A stretch of 10,570 nt of DNA. Origin: Chthonomonadales bacterium. Its GTDB lineage: Bacteria; Armatimonadota; Chthonomonadetes; Chthonomonadales; CAJBBX01. The notes under the pieces were generated by a model. That model did no database searches and was not told the DNA's origin. It worked only from the letters and a program-made list of their open reading frames with translations. Location: positions 1-10,570 of the forward strand of contig JBMFSQ010000042.1 of assembly GCA_049967475.1 (NCBI GenBank). The letters are read 5' to 3'. Of this stretch, positions 6,897 through 10,570 are shown piece after piece (position 1 is the first letter of the stretch; every line of letters starts with the position of its first letter). Made by a program: the position numbers and the translations under genes.

Positions 6897-7238
6897 ATGA
6901 TCAAAGTCGAGGCGCTTATCCGCCCTCAAAAGCTGGACGACGTGAAGGCCGCTCTCTCCGAGATTGGCGTCAAGGGGATGACGGTAACGGAAGTCCGCGG
7001 CTCCGGCAAGCAGAAGGGCTTCACCCAACATTACCGCGGAGCGGAATATACCGTGAACCTCATCCAGAAAATCAAGATCGAGATTGTAACTACGGACGGA
7101 GAGGCGCGGAGTGTGGCCGAGGTCATTGCCAAATCCGCCCGGACGGGCGAAATCGGCGACGGCAAGATCTTTTTGATCCCAGTGTCCGAGGCGCTGCGCA
7201 TCCGTACCGGGGAAGAGGGTGATACCGCCATCACCTAG
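6897..7238 (+). CDS. glnK: PII nitrogen regulatory protein (GlnK-type, Amt-linked), 113 aa
   Basis: RBS AAGGAGG 6882-6888, ATG 6897. Motifs IRPQKLDDVK, GMTVTEVRG, T-loop YRGAEY (R47, Y51), K58, ARTGEIGDGKIF and RIRTGE. Located between two amt genes. Confidence 0.96.
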   Translation: MIKVEALIRPQKLDDVKAALSEIGVKGMTVTEVRGSGKQKGFTQHYRGAEYTVNLIQKIKIEIVTTDGEARSVAEVIAKSARTGEIGDGKIFLIPVSEALRIRTGEEGDTAIT

Positions 7239-7247
7239 CATCCCATC

Positions 7248-7282
7248 GGCCCGGTGCGTATCTCTGGCACCGGGCCTTGCTT
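7248..7282 (+). terminator. Possible weak intrinsic terminator or stability hairpin between glnK and amt2
   Basis: Perfect 10-bp stem GGCCCGGTGC (7248-7257) / GCACCGGGCC (7267-7276) followed by TTGCTT, a poor U-tract. Confidence 0.45.
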
Positions 7283-7368
7283 CCGCGCCTCAGCCAAGAA
7301 GGCTCGGCGCAGCCGGCGAAACCGGGCCATGGTGCCCGGCATCTTACCCTTCACAGTGGAGGATAGAC

Positions 7369-8727
7369 GTGAAACCAAACAAGGCCGGCGCATGGTCTGC
7401 GCCGTTCGTATTGCTGCTTCTAATCGCCCCCGTGGGCGCCTGGGCCCAACCGGCAGGGGGCGCACACAGGGTAGACACGGGCGACACCGCCTGGATGCTC
7501 GTGTCCACAGCCCTCGTGATGCTCATGACCCCAGGCCTCGCTCTGTTCTATGGCGGCATGGTGCGCGCCAAGAACGTTCTCAATATGCTCATGCAGAGCT
7601 TCGTCGCCGTCGCACTGGTGTCCGTCCTGTGGGTCCTCGTGGGGTACAGCCTGGCCTTCGCGCCGGGTAATGCCTTCATCGGAGGTTTGGGATACCTCGG
7701 CCTCACGGGCGTAGGGCTGGAGCCTAATCCGGCCTACGGCGACACCATCCCTCATCAGCTCTACATGATGTATCAGATGATGTTCGCCATCATCACCCCG
7801 GCGCTCATCAGCGGCGCCATTGCGGAACGGATGAAATTCGGCGCCTACGTGCTCTTTATGTGTCTGTGGGCCCTGCTGGTCTACTGTCCCCTCGCGCACA
7901 TGGTTTGGGGATCAGGGGGACTGCTCAACAGCCTTGGGGCGCTGGATTTCGCAGGGGGAACCGTGGTCCACATGTCTTCCGGCTTCTCGGCCCTCGTCCT
8001 GGCGCTCATCCTCGGGAAGCGGCGGTTGGATGGGTCCGACGACCTGCGTCCCCACAATCTGCCCATGACGCTCATCGGTACCGCATTGCTTTGGTTCGGT
8101 TGGTTCGGCTTCAACGCCGGCAGTGCCATCCATTCCAGCGGCCTCGCGGTGTCGGCCTTCACGGCCACGCACATAGCCGCCGCAGCAGCCGCCTTCACCT
8201 GGGTCGCCATCGAGTGGATCGCCTACAGGAAGCCCACCGCGCTGGGCCTGGCCACCGGAGGCGTCGCAGGGCTCGTGGCGATCACCCCGGCGGCCGGCTT
8301 CGTGGGGCCTCTCCCCGCTGTGTTCATCGGCGCCGCCGTGTCGGTCATCTCCTTCTACGCAATCAAGCTCAAGAACCGCTTCGGCTATGACGACACGTTG
8401 GACGTCTTTGGCGTCCATGGCGTCGGCGGAACATGGGGCGCCCTGGCTACCGGCATCTTCGCATCCCAGGCAATCAATTCCGCCGTGCGCCACGAGGGCC
8501 TCTTCCTGGGAGGAGGCTTCGCTCAGCTTGGCCTTCAGGCCCTGGCAGCCCTCATTGCCTTGGCGTACGCCTCGGCCCTCACAGCCTTGCTCGCATGGGG
8601 ATTGCGTCGCACTCTCGGGTTGCGCGTGGACGAAGAAGCGGAGATCGCAGGTTTGGACCTGGCGCTCCACGGGGAGACCGGATATTCCGGGCCCGACACG
8701 CTCTTGGCCGATAGCGGCGGCGAATAA
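7369..8727 (+). CDS. amtB: Ammonium transporter, AmtB-like, 452 aa
   Basis: RBS GGAGG 7358-7362, GTG 7369, signal peptide ending AWA|QP. Motifs DTAWMLVSTALVMLMTPGLALFYGGMVR.KN, YQMMFAIITPALISGAIAER, AHMVWG, DFAGGTVVH, WFGWFGFNAGS, GLVAITP, DDTLDVFGVHG and GLDLALHGE. Confidence 0.96.
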   Translation: MKPNKAGAWSAPFVLLLLIAPVGAWAQPAGGAHRVDTGDTAWMLVSTALVMLMTPGLALFYGGMVRAKNVLNMLMQSFVAVALVSVLWVLVGYSLAFAPGNAFIGGLGYLGLTGVGLEPNPAYGDTIPHQLYMMYQMMFAIITPALISGAIAERMKFGAYVLFMCLWALLVYCPLAHMVWGSGGLLNSLGALDFAGGTVVHMSSGFSALVLALILGKRRLDGSDDLRPHNLPMTLIGTALLWFGWFGFNAGSAIHSSGLAVSAFTATHIAAAAAAFTWVAIEWIAYRKPTALGLATGGVAGLVAITPAAGFVGPLPAVFIGAAVSVISFYAIKLKNRFGYDDTLDVFGVHGVGGTWGALATGIFASQAINSAVRHEGLFLGGGFAQLGLQALAALIALAYASALTALLAWGLRRTLGLRVDEEAEIAGLDLALHGETGYSGPDTLLADSGGE

Positions 8728-8732
8728 CGTTC

Positions 8733-8771
8733 GTGGCCGGATGGCGCATCGCTGCTCTGCCATCCGGCCAC
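8733..8771. terminator. Strong inverted repeat between convergent amt2 and the ABC ATPase (terminator or 3'-end stabiliser)
   Basis: Perfect 13-bp stem GTGGCCGGATGGC (8733-8745) / GCCATCCGGCCAC (8759-8771). No clear U-tract on either strand. Confidence 0.55.
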
Positions 8772-8838
8772 AGGGTACGAGGACCGGCGCCGGACGCCTT
8801 CCCTCACGAGAGGCGTGCATGCCTGGCGCCTGCTAGGG

Positions 8839-9987
8839 TCAGTAGAGGGCTTTCTCCGTCTCCTTGTCGAACAAGTGGCTCTTTTCCATGTCCAGCACCA
8901 CGTCCATGCTGTCGCCCGAGCGCGCCTGGGTACGGCTGTCAATCATGGCGATGAGCTGGCGGTCCCCACTGGTGAGGTACATCTCCACATCGTTGCCCAG
9001 GGGCTCCACCACATCCACTCCTACCTTGATGGTGTTGCCGGGGGTGGGCTCTACAAGTCCGGCGAGGGTACGGTCGTAGATATCTTCCGGGCGGATACCG
9101 AAGATCAGTTCCTTGCCCGCATAGGGCGCGATCACATCGGCCTTCTCCCGCGGCAGTTCCACTTTGAAGGAACCCGCGTCGGCCCAGAAGGTGCCCCCCT
9201 CCGCCTTCACCACCACCGGGATGAAGTTCATCGCCGGCGATCCGATGAAGCCCGCAACGAACATGTTGGCCGGGTGATTGTAAAGGTTGAGGGGAGTGTC
9301 CACCTGCTGCACGATGCCGTTGTTCATCACGGCGATGCGGTCACCCATCGTCATGGCTTCCACTTGGTCGTGCGTCACGTAGATCGTGGTGATGCCCAGG
9401 CGCCTGTGCAGCTTGATCAGCTCCGCACGCGTCTGCACGCGAAGCTTGGCATCCAGGTTGGAGAGCGGCTCGTCCATGAGGAAGACCTTGGGCTCCCGCA
9501 CGATGGCCCGTCCGAGAGCCACACGCTGGCGCTGCCCGCCCGAGAGCTGCTTGGGCTTTCGAGAGAGGAGATTCTCCAGCCCCAAAAGCTGAGCCGCTGC
9601 CTTCACGCGGCGATCTATCTCTTCTTTGGTGAAAGCCCGGCGCGTATTGAAGGGCCACGGGGCTCCGGTTGGTACGCGCTTAAGGCGCAGCCCGAAACTC
9701 ATGTTGTCGTAGACGCTCATGTGAGGGTACAAAGCGTAATTCTGGAAGACCATGGCAATGTCGCGGTCCTTGGGCGACACATCATTCACGACGCGGTCTC
9801 CAATGTAGATTTCGCCGCTCGTGGCCTCCTCCAAACCGGCGATCATGCGGAGGGCCGTCGTCTTTCCACATCCCGACGGCCCCACGAGGACCAGGAACTC
9901 CTTGTCCTTGATCTCCAGGTTCACTTTGTTGACGGCGATGACTTCCTTGAACTCCTTGGTCAAGTCCTTGAGCACGACGCTCGCCAT
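8839..9987 (-). CDS. Carbohydrate ABC transporter ATP-binding subunit (MalK/MsmX/UgpC family), 382 aa
   Basis: Walker A GPSGCGKTT, Q-loop MVFQNYALYPH, signature LSGGQRQR, Walker B VFLMDEPLSNLD, H-loop YVTHDQ, FIGSPAMNF, GIRPED and a C-terminal TOBE-like region. RBS AGGAGG (10000-10005, - strand) supports ATG at 9987. Confidence 0.96.
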   Translation of the reverse strand: MASVVLKDLTKEFKEVIAVNKVNLEIKDKEFLVLVGPSGCGKTTALRMIAGLEEATSGEIYIGDRVVNDVSPKDRDIAMVFQNYALYPHMSVYDNMSFGLRLKRVPTGAPWPFNTRRAFTKEEIDRRVKAAAQLLGLENLLSRKPKQLSGGQRQRVALGRAIVREPKVFLMDEPLSNLDAKLRVQTRAELIKLHRRLGITTIYVTHDQVEAMTMGDRIAVMNNGIVQQVDTPLNLYNHPANMFVAGFIGSPAMNFIPVVVKAEGGTFWADAGSFKVELPREKADVIAPYAGKELIFGIRPEDIYDRTLAGLVEPTPGNTIKVGVDVVEPLGNDVEMYLTSGDRQLIAMIDSRTQARSGDSMDVVLDMEKSHLFDKETEKALY

Positions 9988-10030
9988 GGGTATCTGCTGC
10001 CTCCTGGGTACGGTACGCACGCTGCCAACG

Positions 10031-10059
10031 ATTATAGACTGTGCAGCGCAAAACGTCAA
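10031..10059 (-). promoter_or_regulatory. sigma70-type promoter of the ABC ATPase gene
   Basis: On the - strand: TTGACG (10059-10054), 17-nt spacer, perfect TATAAT (10036-10031), about 45 nt upstream of the ATG. Confidence 0.85.
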
Positions 10060-10270
10060 CCGCACGATTTGCGCCCCGCAAACGCCGGTTAAGTACATAC
10101 GAGGGCGGCAATCGCGCCTGCGGCACCGTCCGGCAGATGCATCCCGCACCGACAGGGCCTTTCCGCCTCGTTCTCTCCCGCTGCCGCCGGACCCGCTGGC
10201 CCTATAGAAGCATGCGCGCGGCTCACCTGTCCCTACTCAACAAGTTGACGGCTTCCCGGATAGAACAACC

Positions 10271-10342
10271 CCTCCCCCCGTCCACGGGGGGAACACAAGG
10301 GGGGCCGCTTTCCCCCGTCCACGGCGGCAACACAAGGGGGGG
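10271..10342. repeat. Tandem REP-like palindromic repeat, two units, same family as 1-76
   Basis: CCTCCCCCCGTCCACGGGGGGAACACAAGGGGGG (10271-10304) and a degenerate copy CTTTCCCCCGTCCACGGCGGCAACACAAGGGGGGG (10308-10342). Confidence 0.85.
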
Positions 10343-10570
10343 CTTCTCCCCCATCGTGACTGCGGGATGGGATCCGCACGCCGCCTCATTTCATCCTAAT
10401 TTCGGAGATGCCGGGATATTCCCGTGTCGGGCCGCGACAACGTGCGTCAACGTCGTAATCAGTGAGGTAATCTCTTCAACTTCGCCATGAGTTGGCGCAG
10501 CAAACGGCCGTCTACGTTAGGCAGAAACGAGGATCCGGCAGCCCGTGCCGAGCGGGTAGAGTAACTCGAC

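Noticed and set aside
7265..7280. sigma54 promoter TGGCAC-N6-TTGC before amt2
   Set aside because: GG-to-GC spacing is 11 nt rather than the strict 10, and the sequence is explained as the 3' arm of a hairpin.
8733..8771. Enterobacterial-type REP element (GCCGGATGGCG resemblance)
   Set aside because: Single copy in the window and only a partial match. Kept only as a hairpin.
8815..10092. 425-aa + strand ORF and other long antisense ORFs (4836-6056, 7912-8820, 2617-3465, 3900-4697, 961-1680)
   Set aside because: These are shadow frames of well-supported genes on the opposite strand, typical of high-GC DNA, with no recognisable motifs.
9988..10149. N-terminal extension of the ABC ATPase
   Set aside because: It overlaps the gene's own promoter and RBS. 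Family homology begins at MASVVLKDL.
10041..10490. 149-aa + strand ORF
   Set aside because: It spans the ATPase promoter and the palindromic repeats, and has low-complexity translation and no RBS.
10459..10570. 3' end of a - strand gene entering from the right edge
   Set aside because: Two frames are open (stops at 10517-10519 and 10459-10461) and both are too short to identify or choose between.

Overview
GC-rich bacterial DNA, probably from a diderm because it encodes an outer-membrane beta-barrel. Most of the window is one co-oriented + strand nitrogen/ammonium-acquisition cluster. In order: sigma70 promoter, structured attenuator-like leader, REC-ANTAR response regulator, BBP2-type outer-membrane porin interrupted by one in-frame TGA, two tandem NapA-like CPA2 cation/H+ antiporter paralogues, Amt, PII (GlnK), and a second divergent Amt. 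A stand-alone MalK/MsmX-type ABC ATPase with its own near-consensus promoter converges from the - strand. Tandem copies of one ~34-bp REP-like palindromic repeat family sit at both ends of the window. The most interesting candidate is an RNA-level (ANTAR/attenuator) controlled ammonium uptake and homeostasis operon linking porin, antiporters, Amt and GlnK. All calls come from reading the sequence by eye; no searches or folding programs were run.
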